Shown here piece after piece: positions 54,262-63,434 of a stretch of DNA of 64,000 bases (position 1 is the first letter of the stretch; the number at the start of each line of letters is the position of its first letter). The translations under genes were made by a program, and so were the position numbers. This stretch comes from a virus. The stretch is from IMG/VR virus record IMGVR_UViG_3300037258_000368, positions 2,287 through 66,286 of that record; one strand, 5' to 3'. The notes below the pieces were generated by a model. That model saw only the letters and a list, made by a program, of their open reading frames with translations. It was not told the origin of the DNA and ran no database searches.

Positions 54262-54606
54262 ATGGCCAACAAGCCGCCGTCCGCTGAGACCTACGCCCCG
54301 ATGGCTGACCGCTTTATTTCCCCATCACCCCCGATGGAAGGTTATGCACGCGAGATCCTGACGATCCTCGTTGAGGAATGCGCCGAAGTGCAGCAGCGCG
54401 CCACCAAGGCGATGCGGTTCGGCGTTGGCGAGACGCAGCCAGGACAGCCCTTCTCAAACGCCCAGCGGCTCGCAGCCGAAATTGGCGATCTTCTTGAGAT
54501 GGTTGATCGCGCGATTTCGATCGGGCTTATCAACCAAGACGACATCGATATGGGGCGCCGACACAAGCGACAGCAACTCGCGATCTACATGCAGTTTAAG
54601 CCATGA
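54262..54606 (+). CDS. MazG-like NTP pyrophosphohydrolase
   Basis: EECAEV..KAMRFG..EIGDLL (ExxE..ExxD); AGGAGG RBS; possible in-frame Cys-rich extension from 54139. Confidence 0.8.
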   Translation: MANKPPSAETYAPMADRFISPSPPMEGYAREILTILVEECAEVQQRATKAMRFGVGETQPGQPFSNAQRLAAEIGDLLEMVDRAISIGLINQDDIDMGRRHKRQQLAIYMQFKP

Positions 54607-54693
54607 TCCCCGCCATGCGCGACGGCGTCCTCGCCGGCATCGTCCTCGTGTTCGCGGTATCCGCTCGGCTCGCTGTAGTCGCGCAGCTCGGGC

Positions 54694-57600
54694 TCATCGG
54701 CCGCGCTGCGCGATTGCCGCCATTTCCTGATCGGTAAGACTGGGGGCACGCGACCGGGCAGCCGGAGCGCCGGAGCCGCCGCCGTCGGGCCGCGCCCCGC
54801 CGCCGCCGCCGCGCGCCTGTTGCGCGTATTCCAATTCCGGAATATCGCCGGGCAACATCTCGGGGACCAGCGCCAGCACGTTTAGCGGCAGCGGATTTAC
54901 CTGCTGAATCGCGATCTGTCCGTTGGTCTGCCAATTTGCCGGAAGGGTCACACGCTCGTCGCCGGTAAAGAGCGGCACCACCGTACCGCCTCCGGGCGTC
55001 GTGTAGGGCGTACCCTTGTCTTTCACCGTAGCGAGGGCCGGCCATGGGACGGCGAACGGCGTCGGCGTCAGGGTTGAGGCGTCGACCTGGTTCGCTCCGG
55101 CCTGCAACCGGCAACTCGCTTCGATCCGCGCGGTGACTGCGGTGATCGCCTTACGGCGCCCCTGGATCGTCGGTTGGCCGGTATCGGCATAGACGCTCTG
55201 CAGCTGCGCGGTGAAGCCGAGCCCGACGGTAACCTGCGAAGCTGGAAAGGGAAGCGGTATTGTCCCATCGGCCGCCGCGATCTGCGCAGGGATCACGATT
55301 CCGTCGGCAAGCCCGGTGATGATTTTTCCTGCGAGGTGCGGCGCCTTGACGGTCGTCACCATAGGGGCGATCGACCACTTCCCGGGCAATTGCACGATCG
55401 GCGCGTTGCTCGGATCGTTCGGATAGGTCTGCTGGCAGGGGTAGAACCAAGTTCCGGTAACCTGTGTGGGCGAATTATAGCTGGTGACCTGTGCGATGCC
55501 GCCGCCCAGCCGGATGACTTGGCCGACCGCGGCTGCGCTAAAGATTCCTGGAAAGCTCGTGAAGATCGCGCCGGCCCCGCTCGCCTTGTCGGCCGAAAGC
55601 GATGCGTTGGGCGTCGCGAGCGGCAGCGTCAGACCGCAATCGACCGCCCATACCTCTTCGGTCGCCTGCCAGAGGCGGTTATCCATTCGCTCGATGAAAT
55701 ACCGCGTGCCGCCAGCTGCAACCGGGCGCTCGACGACCAGATAGAGCGCATCGACCGGCAATTCGGTGACGCTGCACAGCGAGCGCACGAGGCCTTGCGT
55801 GTCATGCCGCGCCCAGCCCCCGACCTCCTGTTCTTTTAGATAGGTGAGGCTGAGGAGAACGCCGTCGTCGCGCGCGGACCAGAGGATGCGATAGGGTTCT
55901 TCCGCCCAAGCCCACTCGGCGATCCCGTGCCCGATCAGCAGATGCGAGGATTGCCAGGAGGCGTCGGTCCCGGTGTAGATGTTGAAAAACAGCTGGTAGG
56001 AAAGATCGCGGACCGTGAAGCCGTGCGATTGCAGATAGAGGATGTCCCAGTTGATCTTGATCGGCGGGACCGTTGAAGAGGAACCGATCGAGGATTGCGG
56101 CGCGGCGATCTGGTTGGCCGGGGTGATCGCCTGCGGCGAGGAGGCGAACGAGCCGGGCGCACCGATCTGCCAAACCCCGGCACCATTGAAGGTGACGAGG
56201 CCCAACGGCATCTGCACCATCCATTGGATGCCGTTGACTTGTTCTGACCAGGGCGTCGCGGTGATCGCATCGGCGTCGCCAACCGGGATCGAACTGTCCA
56301 TGTTGGTAAAGGCGCCCGGCTGCGACGCCCAATAGGTGTCCGGGTTGTTGTCCGAATCGGCGTAGAACCGGCGCTCTTGGAAATAGGAGACGACACCCGG
56401 GTTGACGCCCGTCAGCGGTCCGACGTTGAGCGTCCCGGACGCGCTGGAACCGTCCCCGGTGAAGACGAGTGTATCGCCGGATCGGTAATCTATGCCCGCA
56501 TCGAGCACGATAACGTCGGCGATCCCGCCGGTCGGCGTCGGACTGATGACGCATTCACCGATAAAGCCGCTGCCTGTCGCACTGACGATCGAGGGGGTCG
56601 CGACCGACCAATCGTTGCTGCTCGCGCCCATTGTGACGCCGACAATTTGTCCCGGCGCAAAGGGGTTCTTGTGGGTCGGCGGCGAAATCGCGAGATCGGT
56701 CGTGATATTGGTGTCGATGAACTGGTTGCCGAAACTTGATCCGACAAAGCCGAAGAACGCGCCGACCGGCACCGGCAATGCGTTCGAGGTGTTCCCCGGC
56801 AGCGTGTTATAGGAGGCCGGCGCACGGTAGATGTTGTAGTAGCCCGCGCCGGCGACGGCCGACCAGGACACGATTTCCGAGCCGGCGGTGACGCCCATAT
56901 CCACCGAATCGGTGACGTTGGCGATCGGTGAGGCGATCGATTCTTCCCCGGTCTTCGGGTCGACCGCGGTGACGACATAGGCGTAGGCGCAGGGCAGGGT
57001 CGGCGGGGTCGATCCGGTGGAGGGATGGACCGTCGCATTGACGCTCGTGCTCCCCGGCGCCGCGATCATCGCACCGAAGCTGGTGGGACCGATCGTCCAA
57101 GCCGTCGGCCCGAGCCGCTTCAAATCCTGCGGCGGATAATCGGGGTGCGTCAGCGAGATAACATCGGCCGATTCTGCGAATTTGAGGAGCGCCAGGTCGA
57201 CCGCTGCGTAGGGCGTTGCGATCGTATAGATCCTCGATGCCGTCCCGCCGCCCGTGTAGGCGCCAAAGAGGCTGGCATCGATGTCGTTGCCGTCGAGATC
57301 CTGAAGGGTGAAATCGTCGAGGGTGGCGCCGGCGACGATATAGGTGTTGCCGTTTAGCTCGGTCGTTCCCCTTATCGCGGCAAGCGCGACCCAATCGCCA
57401 TTCGCGAAGGTATTGGGGGCGGTGACGACGCAGGGATCGGTAGGGCTGATCCCGGTGATCACGACGGGGCTCTCGACGACCTGGCCCCCGTTGCTGATAA
57501 AGCGCAGATAGTGGTCGCCGAATTCGAGAACGATCGTCTGCGATTGCGAGAATTCGAATGAGATGAGGCGTGGCTTGGTCTCACCGAAGAGCGGGTTCTG

Positions 57601-57777
57601 CCGCGAGCGTCCGACATAAGCCGTTCCGGCGCGCGAGTAGGCGCCGCCGCGGAACCCGACATAGAGGTTCCGCATTGTGGCTGCGGCGGTATGGAATTTG
57701 GCGACGTCGACTCGACCATAAAGCGCCGGCGCAATCTCTCCCCATGTAAAGGCGGGTTCTAGGAACGGGGCTGACAT
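54694..57777 (-). CDS. Tail tubular protein B / nozzle (T7 gp12-like)
   Basis: FTWGEIAPALYGRVD..RLISFEFS..LEFGDHYLRF..FQERRFY..EQEVGGWARH..YFIERM. Confidence 0.93.
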   Translation of the reverse strand: MSAPFLEPAFTWGEIAPALYGRVDVAKFHTAAATMRNLYVGFRGGAYSRAGTAYVGRSRQNPLFGETKPRLISFEFSQSQTIVLEFGDHYLRFISNGGQVVESPVVITGISPTDPCVVTAPNTFANGDWVALAAIRGTTELNGNTYIVAGATLDDFTLQDLDGNDIDASLFGAYTGGGTASRIYTIATPYAAVDLALLKFAESADVISLTHPDYPPQDLKRLGPTAWTIGPTSFGAMIAAPGSTSVNATVHPSTGSTPPTLPCAYAYVVTAVDPKTGEESIASPIANVTDSVDMGVTAGSEIVSWSAVAGAGYYNIYRAPASYNTLPGNTSNALPVPVGAFFGFVGSSFGNQFIDTNITTDLAISPPTHKNPFAPGQIVGVTMGASSNDWSVATPSIVSATGSGFIGECVISPTPTGGIADVIVLDAGIDYRSGDTLVFTGDGSSASGTLNVGPLTGVNPGVVSYFQERRFYADSDNNPDTYWASQPGAFTNMDSSIPVGDADAITATPWSEQVNGIQWMVQMPLGLVTFNGAGVWQIGAPGSFASSPQAITPANQIAAPQSSIGSSSTVPPIKINWDILYLQSHGFTVRDLSYQLFFNIYTGTDASWQSSHLLIGHGIAEWAWAEEPYRILWSARDDGVLLSLTYLKEQEVGGWARHDTQGLVRSLCSVTELPVDALYLVVERPVAAGGTRYFIERMDNRLWQATEEVWAVDCGLTLPLATPNASLSADKASGAGAIFTSFPGIFSAAAVGQVIRLGGGIAQVTSYNSPTQVTGTWFYPCQQTYPNDPSNAPIVQLPGKWSIAPMVTTVKAPHLAGKIITGLADGIVIPAQIAAADGTIPLPFPASQVTVGLGFTAQLQSVYADTGQPTIQGRRKAITAVTARIEASCRLQAGANQVDASTLTPTPFAVPWPALATVKDKGTPYTTPGGGTVVPLFTGDERVTLPANWQTNGQIAIQQVNPLPLNVLALVPEMLPGDIPELEYAQQARGGGGGARPDGGGSGAPAARSRAPSLTDQEMAAIAQRGR

Positions 57778-57806
57778 CTGATCGTGCCGGCTGCTATTCT
57801 GGCGTC

Positions 57807-57971
57807 ATGAGCGAATTCACCTGCGTTGTGTGTCGCAAGACGTTTACCGAGGGCTGGTCAGAGGAAGAAGCCATGGCCGAGTTGGCCAAGAACTTCCCCG
57901 ACGTTCCTCTTTCGGAATGCGAGATCCTGTGCGAGGATTGCTATAGGGCGATGGGATTTGGCGATGCGTAG
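57807..57971 (+). CDS. Small Zn-finger protein (54 aa), antisense islet
   Basis: Hand-translated MSEFTCVVCRKTFTEGWSEEEA..ILCEDCY. Confidence 0.75.
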   Translation: MSEFTCVVCRKTFTEGWSEEEAMAELAKNFPDVPLSECEILCEDCYRAMGFGDA

Positions 57972-58062
57972 AGACCTTCTCGATGGCCTCAATTCAGAGC
58001 AGCGTATCCGGCATGAACGCGCGTCCATGTCTGCTGCGCCGCGCGACGTGCAGGGGAGAGAA

Positions 58063-58315
58063 AATGAAGGCGCCGAGAGATGGGATCTATTACGGAACCC
58101 GCAAAGTGTCAGACGGATTTAACGGGGCAATCTTCTGCTACGAAAACGGCCGCCGAACGCGGAGATATTCGGTTTACCCCAGTTTCCCCACGGCAGCGGA
58201 AGCAGCGGACGTGGCCAAGTTCGAGGCAGAATACATAGCGATGGAAGGCCAAAGGGTGGCGCCGATGAATCAAAAGACTGAGCCATCGGCCCAGCCCGAC
58301 GCCTCCCAGCCGTAG
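58063..58315 (+). CDS. Hypothetical protein, antisense islet
   Basis: GGGGAG RBS; MKAPRDGIYYG..FPTAAEAA. Confidence 0.55.
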
Positions 58316-59151
58316 CGCAATACGCCGGGGCCTTCGGCGCCGCCCCAACCGAGCCCATAGCCGGGCGAGCGCGCCCTGATCCAATCGGCGACATGATCGA
58401 TCGACTGCGGGAACCCCGCCTCGTTGGCGTTTTTCAGCCGGGCGAGCGCGATGGCCCCTTGAGCAATCGAGATTTGCTGGGCGCGGTAGGAAAGAACCGC
58501 CTTCGGATCGGAAATCGCAACGGGCGCGAGTTTTGTGCCCAAGGCGTTGATGAACGCCTCGGCGAACATCGGGTCCCATTGCTCGATTTCGGCGACGAGC
58601 TTGGTATAGACCAGATGCGCGTTGGTGACGTTCGTGAGAACGATGCGGCGGGCGGTCAGGCCGACGCCTTCGGTCCCGGAGAAATCCGGCAGGCTGTCCC
58701 AATCGATCTCGCCGCTCATCAGCGGGAAATCTTCGCTGGTCGCCACGAGGAACCGCGCCGGCACTGAGCGCTGCCCGGGCCAACTCGTTTGCATATTGGT
58801 CATGATCGGCGGCGTCGGGGGCGAACCGACGAGCTGCTGCGGGAGCCAGCGCGCCGCGATGCCGTCGATCGGCCATGCATAGGCAAAGCACCAGGGCGGC
58901 TCGACCGCCTTCGAGATCGGCAACCCGGTTGCAGCGTCAAGCGTGTTGCCGGTGGCATCGGCGAGGAGTTGCAGAGGGGCGATTTTGCGGGCGAAGTTCC
59001 AATGTGCTGCACGTAGTATCTGACGCAGGACAGGCCCGTATTGGCGCCGCGCCGCTTCGCTGATCCGGCTTCCGTCGTAGATGTCCCCGATCGGCGGTTC
59101 GCCGAAGGCGTCGAGCGATCGGTTGACCATATCGGCCGCGATCTGGAACAT
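58270..59151 (-). CDS. Tail tubular protein A / adaptor, paralog 3
   Basis: DMVNRSL..HWNFARK..AYAWP..VLTN..WDPMF. Confidence 0.85.
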   Translation of the reverse strand: MFQIAADMVNRSLDAFGEPPIGDIYDGSRISEAARRQYGPVLRQILRAAHWNFARKIAPLQLLADATGNTLDAATGLPISKAVEPPWCFAYAWPIDGIAARWLPQQLVGSPPTPPIMTNMQTSWPGQRSVPARFLVATSEDFPLMSGEIDWDSLPDFSGTEGVGLTARRIVLTNVTNAHLVYTKLVAEIEQWDPMFAEAFINALGTKLAPVAISDPKAVLSYRAQQISIAQGAIALARLKNANEAGFPQSIDHVADWIRARSPGYGLGWGGAEGPGVLRYGWEASGWADGSVF

Positions 59152-59411
59152 CAGGAAGTGAGTTCCTTGACGTTCCACATGACGGCCTCTTCCAGCGCCG
59201 TGACGGATAGCGCTCTGTAGCGGCCGGGCTTGACCTGCTCGAAAAGGGCAAGGAGTTCCTCGGCCTTCTGCTTGATCGCGTCGTGCAGCGCTTTTTCCTC
59301 GGGCGTCATCGCTCGATAGCGCGGGCGAAACCGGCTGACAGCGATATCGCCGCCCTGCCGGTCATCGGGCTTGCCATCGAAGACATTTTCGGTTCGGCGG
59401 TCGTCGGCCAT
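59151..59411 (-). CDS. Acb2/Tad1-like helical-hairpin protein (putative immune-signal sponge)
   Basis: YRAMTPEEK..IKQKAEEL..GRYRALSVTALEEAVMW; AAGGA RBS. Confidence 0.75.
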   Translation of the reverse strand: MADDRRTENVFDGKPDDRQGGDIAVSRFRPRYRAMTPEEKALHDAIKQKAEELLALFEQVKPGRYRALSVTALEEAVMWNVKELTS

Positions 59412-59425
59412 CGGAATTTCCTTTC

Positions 59426-60067
59426 TCAGCCTCTGTGTCTTTCAGCAATCGCGGCGGCCTGTGCCGAATCCTGGGACAGCATCCTTTGCTGATCCGGGTT
59501 GGCGAGCTGCGGCGACGCGGCGAGTTTTTCCCCCAGCCGGTCGACCAGCACGGTGACAAAACCCGGCTCCCACAACGCGGGGTTTGTCACCCGGCGCCGG
59601 TAGACCGCGACAGCCCCCGTCTGATTGGTGAGGATGACGCGTTGCGGCGGCCCGGCGGCCACAGGCGGATTGCCGCCGACAGTGGGCAACAGGTCGTTGC
59701 TGATGCGCTTGGGCATCGGCGTCGGCAGGAGCACCGGCAGCGCGGATGGCGGCGGCACGATCGCGAGCAATTCGACGCAATCGACGGGGTAAGCATATTC
59801 GTAGAGGTAGCCAGGGGGCGGAAAGAGCGTCGTCCAGGGGCTCAGCGGCGTATAGCCGCCTGGTGGCGGCGGCCCCTTCAAGAGCGTGAGCGGCACGCTG
59901 CCAAGAGCGAAGGGCCATTCGCCGCTGCGCAGCACCTCGTCGCGCGTCTGCCCGTAGATTTCGAGGGCAGCGCGCGCTGCAGCCGAACCTTCGTAGATCG
60001 AAGCGATCATGCGGCTGAAGCCGATGCCACGCAGCGCCTGATTGACGATTTCCTCGATGGCCGTCAC
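59426..60067 (-). CDS. Tail tubular protein A / adaptor, paralog 2
   Basis: EIVNQAL..WPFA..YEYAYPVDC..ILTNQ..WEPGF. Confidence 0.85.
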   Translation of the reverse strand: MTAIEEIVNQALRGIGFSRMIASIYEGSAAARAALEIYGQTRDEVLRSGEWPFALGSVPLTLLKGPPPPGGYTPLSPWTTLFPPPGYLYEYAYPVDCVELLAIVPPPSALPVLLPTPMPKRISNDLLPTVGGNPPVAAGPPQRVILTNQTGAVAVYRRRVTNPALWEPGFVTVLVDRLGEKLAASPQLANPDQQRMLSQDSAQAAAIAERHRG

Positions 60068-60654
60068 ATCAGATCCTCATTCGACATAGCGAGCTGGGCG
60101 TATTTCTCGCTCTCGGCGAGGAGTTCGCGAGCGAAGTCCGGGCGCCCGGCGAGTGCCATCGCGAGTGGGCTGGATAGCCGGCGCGACATGGCCTCGGAAA
60201 ATCCCGGGTCCCACAAGTTCTCGATGATCGAATTCGCGGTGTAGGCGAGGAGCGCGTTCTGCTGGTCCGTGAGGATGACGCGCTTTGTTATTCCCGCTCT
60301 CGGGTCGAAGGGCGCCATGCCGCGCACCGGCTGCGGGTCGAAGGGATCGGCGAGCGCCCCGGCACCGGTCGCCGGCGGTCCTATCTGGCGCGCTCGCACG
60401 CAATCGGCGGGATAGACGTATTCGTATTGCCAGGGGACGATCGGCGCACCGGCGACAGGCGTCAGTGGCGCAGCGACGATCCAGGCAAATTCGGGGTCGA
60501 TCTCGCGCAGCAAAAGGTCACGGCAGATTGGATAGAGCACCCCGGCTGCGAGGCCAGCCGGCGTCCCGTCGAAATTGGGCAATGTGCCGGTGACCTGCTC
60601 CTGATTGACGCTTAACTCGAGCGCTCGGTTTACAATATCGGCGGCTGTCGTCAT
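60064..60654 (-). CDS. Tail tubular protein A / adaptor, paralog 1
   Basis: DIVNRAL..EFA..YEYVYPADC..ILTDQ..WDPGF. Confidence 0.85.
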   Translation of the reverse strand: MTTAADIVNRALELSVNQEQVTGTLPNFDGTPAGLAAGVLYPICRDLLLREIDPEFAWIVAAPLTPVAGAPIVPWQYEYVYPADCVRARQIGPPATGAGALADPFDPQPVRGMAPFDPRAGITKRVILTDQQNALLAYTANSIIENLWDPGFSEAMSRRLSSPLAMALAGRPDFARELLAESEKYAQLAMSNEDLM

Positions 60655-60687
60655 AAACGGACGCGCCTTTCAGAGAGGAATTAAGGA

Positions 60688-61278
60688 ATGAAATTCAGAT
60701 TTTTGGCGACGGCGATCGCGCTATCGCTATCGACCTGTCTTCTGTCACCGGTTCCGGCACAGACCTTGAGATTGCCGACAGGAGGCGAGGATACGATCGA
60801 GCCTCCGCAGGCTAAAAACGTCCTGACGTTTCAGCAGATCGAGGATCTTACATCTGCGCTACGGGCCGTGGACGCCGGGAGCGCTGATCAATGCACCGAG
60901 GCGCCGAAGCCAGCGACGTCCCCGCCAGCGGCATTGGCAACGCCGCCGCCGCGATCCTGTCCTTTCCACAAATCGCCGTCGCTGCTGCGCGCGATGGCGC
61001 AAGACATGGTGGCGCTGCAGCCGCTCGATGCCGAGTTCAAGATCCGGCAGAATGCTGTCCGCCTCGAAGTGCTCGACGAATCGAAGCTGACCACCGCTCA
61101 ACAAGATGCCAAATTTCTGGCGAAGATGGCACCGATTACCGCCGAAAAGCGGACGCTCCCGCTGCTGGCGCGGATCAAGATGGCCGAACTAAACCTCGGC
61201 GATCCGCCGGATCACAACCGCATCCCTGCGATGTGGATCGCGGCGCTGTCACCGATCATCGACGATCTGACGCCCTAA
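60688..61278 (+). CDS. Secreted hypothetical protein (possible fibre chaperone), inverted
   Basis: Signal peptide MKFRFLATAIALSLSTCLLSPVPA-Q; GAGG RBS. Confidence 0.7.
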   Translation: MKFRFLATAIALSLSTCLLSPVPAQTLRLPTGGEDTIEPPQAKNVLTFQQIEDLTSALRAVDAGSADQCTEAPKPATSPPAALATPPPRSCPFHKSPSLLRAMAQDMVALQPLDAEFKIRQNAVRLEVLDESKLTTAQQDAKFLAKMAPITAEKRTLPLLARIKMAELNLGDPPDHNRIPAMWIAALSPIIDDLTP

Positions 61279-61441
61279 GATTCGGCGCGGATGTTGGCGG
61301 CGCCGGCGGCGGCGGCGGTGGTTTATAGGCCGGCGGGATTGGTCGCTGGTGCGATGCCGCCGCCGGCGGTGTGGGCGGGAGCTGCGCCGCCTCGGCAGAC
61401 AGCCCGGCGAATAGCAGGAGGAAGATCAGGATCAGGGGCAT
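61256..61441 (-). CDS. Short Pro-rich peptide with signal sequence
   Basis: MPLILIFLLLFAGLSAEAA-Q; overlaps upstream stop. Confidence 0.4.
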   Translation of the reverse strand: MPLILIFLLLFAGLSAEAAQLPPTPPAAASHQRPIPPAYKPPPPPPAPPTSAPNLRASDRR

Positions 61442-63123
61442 AGGGTCACCACACCGGCGTTGCTGTACCAATCGCCGGTCACTGCCCCGGCGCAATCTGT
61501 CGGGATGGTCAGCCGCAGATGGCCAGGCTCCAGCGACACCATAAGGGTGCCCCCGACCGTCGTCTGCAACTGGCCGGTAACGATCTGCATGTAGTTGTTG
61601 CCGTCCCATTTGATCGCCGAGCCGAGCGCCGTCGTGTTGAGGACGATCGCGGCGTCGGTTATCGTGGCGCTGGCGAGGTTGAGGCCATCGGCCCAGCTGC
61701 CGACAGCGCCGAAGGCAACGCCGCCGCTGCCTGAGGCCGGGGTGGCAAAATAGCCATCGCTGCCCGAAGCCGGGTAGAGGTTCATCCCGCCGCTCGACAA
61801 CGTGCCGACCGCGACTCCACTATCGACCCAGGCATAATTGCCGGTCGAGCAATCCCAATAGCTGAAAGACCCGCCGGCCGGATTGCCATTGCCGGCGCCA
61901 TAATCGATGATCGTCGAAACCGCGCTGCCGCAAGATCCGTCGGCCATCGATTTCGGCATGACGAAGGCCGAGCTGCTGACGAGCGCGTTTTCGCCTGCGA
62001 TCAGCGTGCTGGCCGTGCCGGCGCCGCTCGTTCCGAGCAGCGCGTTGATGTTCTTCGTGCTGATATTGGTGAGGATCAGCCCATAGGCGGTGTGGCTGCT
62101 GTCGACATCGGCATATTCGGCGTCGATCACCAGTTGCAGCGAGGCCAGCGACACCGATTGCGCGACGCTGCCGCCGCCAGCACTCGGGTTGATCGCCCAC
62201 AACTCGTTGTCGCCGATGCCGCCGCCGAACTGCGCGCTAACGCCCTCGATCGCACCGCAGCCGGGCGCCGCGCTCGGCGTCGGCGTCGCGCTCGTCGCGG
62301 CATAGCAATAGCTCGTCAAACCGAGGATGTTCTTGTAGCTCTCGACATAGCCGCTGCTGTAGGGACCGAACGCAGCGAACCGGCCGGCGCTGTTGGTATG
62401 TGACTGGCCGTAGACCGTCGTGTCGCTGTCGCTGCTCTCGGCGTAGAGGGTATCGATGTAGCTGCCGGTCGAATCGGAAATGGGACTCGACAGGTCGAGG
62501 ATATCGCGCGTGCCGGCCAGTTGGGTGAAGGTCGGGAAATAGCGGGCATTGAGGCTCGACAGGGCGGCGGTAGGCGGCGCCATGTCGACATCCCCGGTCA
62601 CCAGGAGGCTGCCGGTGTGGGCGATCGAGACGCCTGCGCCGTCTTTGGCGAGCGTGCCGGTCGTGTTCGCCCAGACCATCGGCTCGTTGATTGTCGTGGT
62701 GTTGGGGCCGAGGATGTTGCCCTGGCCGTTGCCCGGGAACTGGTAGAGCTGCCCGGCAATTTCGAAATTGAGGACCGGATTGCCGCCGCCGACCGCATCA
62801 AGCGCTATGATGCCGTTGCCGTGTCCGTCAAAGCCGCTGCACAGGAAACTGTAGGGGCTGCCGGCGTAGCCGCTGAACTGGCAGATCCCGAGCCCCGAAT
62901 TGACGATCGCGATACCGGAGAGGCGAGTACCGGGCAGGTTGCTGTTGGTCGGCATGAGCCCGGGGCCGGTTGAGCCGCCAGCGTCCATGATCCTGCCATT
63001 GGCGGCCCACATCGGCGGGTGACCCGCGACCACGGGGCCGAGCTGCTGCACGACGCCCTGCGCCTGCGCCACCTGGAGCGCCGCGAAGAGCAGAAGCGCG
63101 CCCCACAGCAAGCGGCCCATCAT
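61432..63123 (-). CDS. Tail fibre/spike-like protein with signal peptide
   Basis: Gly/Ser/Thr/Cys-rich; VVQQLGPVVAGH N-terminal motif; ends GDWYSNAGVVTLCP. Confidence 0.75.
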   Translation of the reverse strand: MMGRLLWGALLLFAALQVAQAQGVVQQLGPVVAGHPPMWAANGRIMDAGGSTGPGLMPTNSNLPGTRLSGIAIVNSGLGICQFSGYAGSPYSFLCSGFDGHGNGIIALDAVGGGNPVLNFEIAGQLYQFPGNGQGNILGPNTTTINEPMVWANTTGTLAKDGAGVSIAHTGSLLVTGDVDMAPPTAALSSLNARYFPTFTQLAGTRDILDLSSPISDSTGSYIDTLYAESSDSDTTVYGQSHTNSAGRFAAFGPYSSGYVESYKNILGLTSYCYAATSATPTPSAAPGCGAIEGVSAQFGGGIGDNELWAINPSAGGGSVAQSVSLASLQLVIDAEYADVDSSHTAYGLILTNISTKNINALLGTSGAGTASTLIAGENALVSSSAFVMPKSMADGSCGSAVSTIIDYGAGNGNPAGGSFSYWDCSTGNYAWVDSGVAVGTLSSGGMNLYPASGSDGYFATPASGSGGVAFGAVGSWADGLNLASATITDAAIVLNTTALGSAIKWDGNNYMQIVTGQLQTTVGGTLMVSLEPGHLRLTIPTDCAGAVTGDWYSNAGVVTLCP

Positions 63124-63434
63124 GGCGAAGTCACAATCGGCGCAACCTTGGCCGCCCGCGCCGCCTGTTCGCGCTCATATCCTTGGGTCCTCATCGAGGC
63201 CCGCCGAAACGCATCGCTGACGATCTTTGCCACGACAGCCTGATCGGTCAGCGAGCCCGCGCCTGGGCGCCTGGTAAAATAGACCCGATTTGCCGTCACG
63301 ATCCGTGCGAGGTCCGCATCGGAAACCGTGATGCTGCTCGTCGTCGTTCCCGCCGCCGTCGTCGTCGTGACGGCTACGGTTCCGGCGTTAGCCGCCAGAG
63401 GCAGAAGGGCCAGAAGAAAGGCAGTCGCTCTCAT
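63120..63434 (-). CDS. Small secreted fibre-associated protein
   Basis: MRATAFLLALLPLAANA-G; ATGA coupling at both ends. Confidence 0.65.
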   Translation of the reverse strand: MRATAFLLALLPLAANAGTVAVTTTTAAGTTTSSITVSDADLARIVTANRVYFTRRPGAGSLTDQAVVAKIVSDAFRRASMRTQGYEREQAARAAKVAPIVTSP

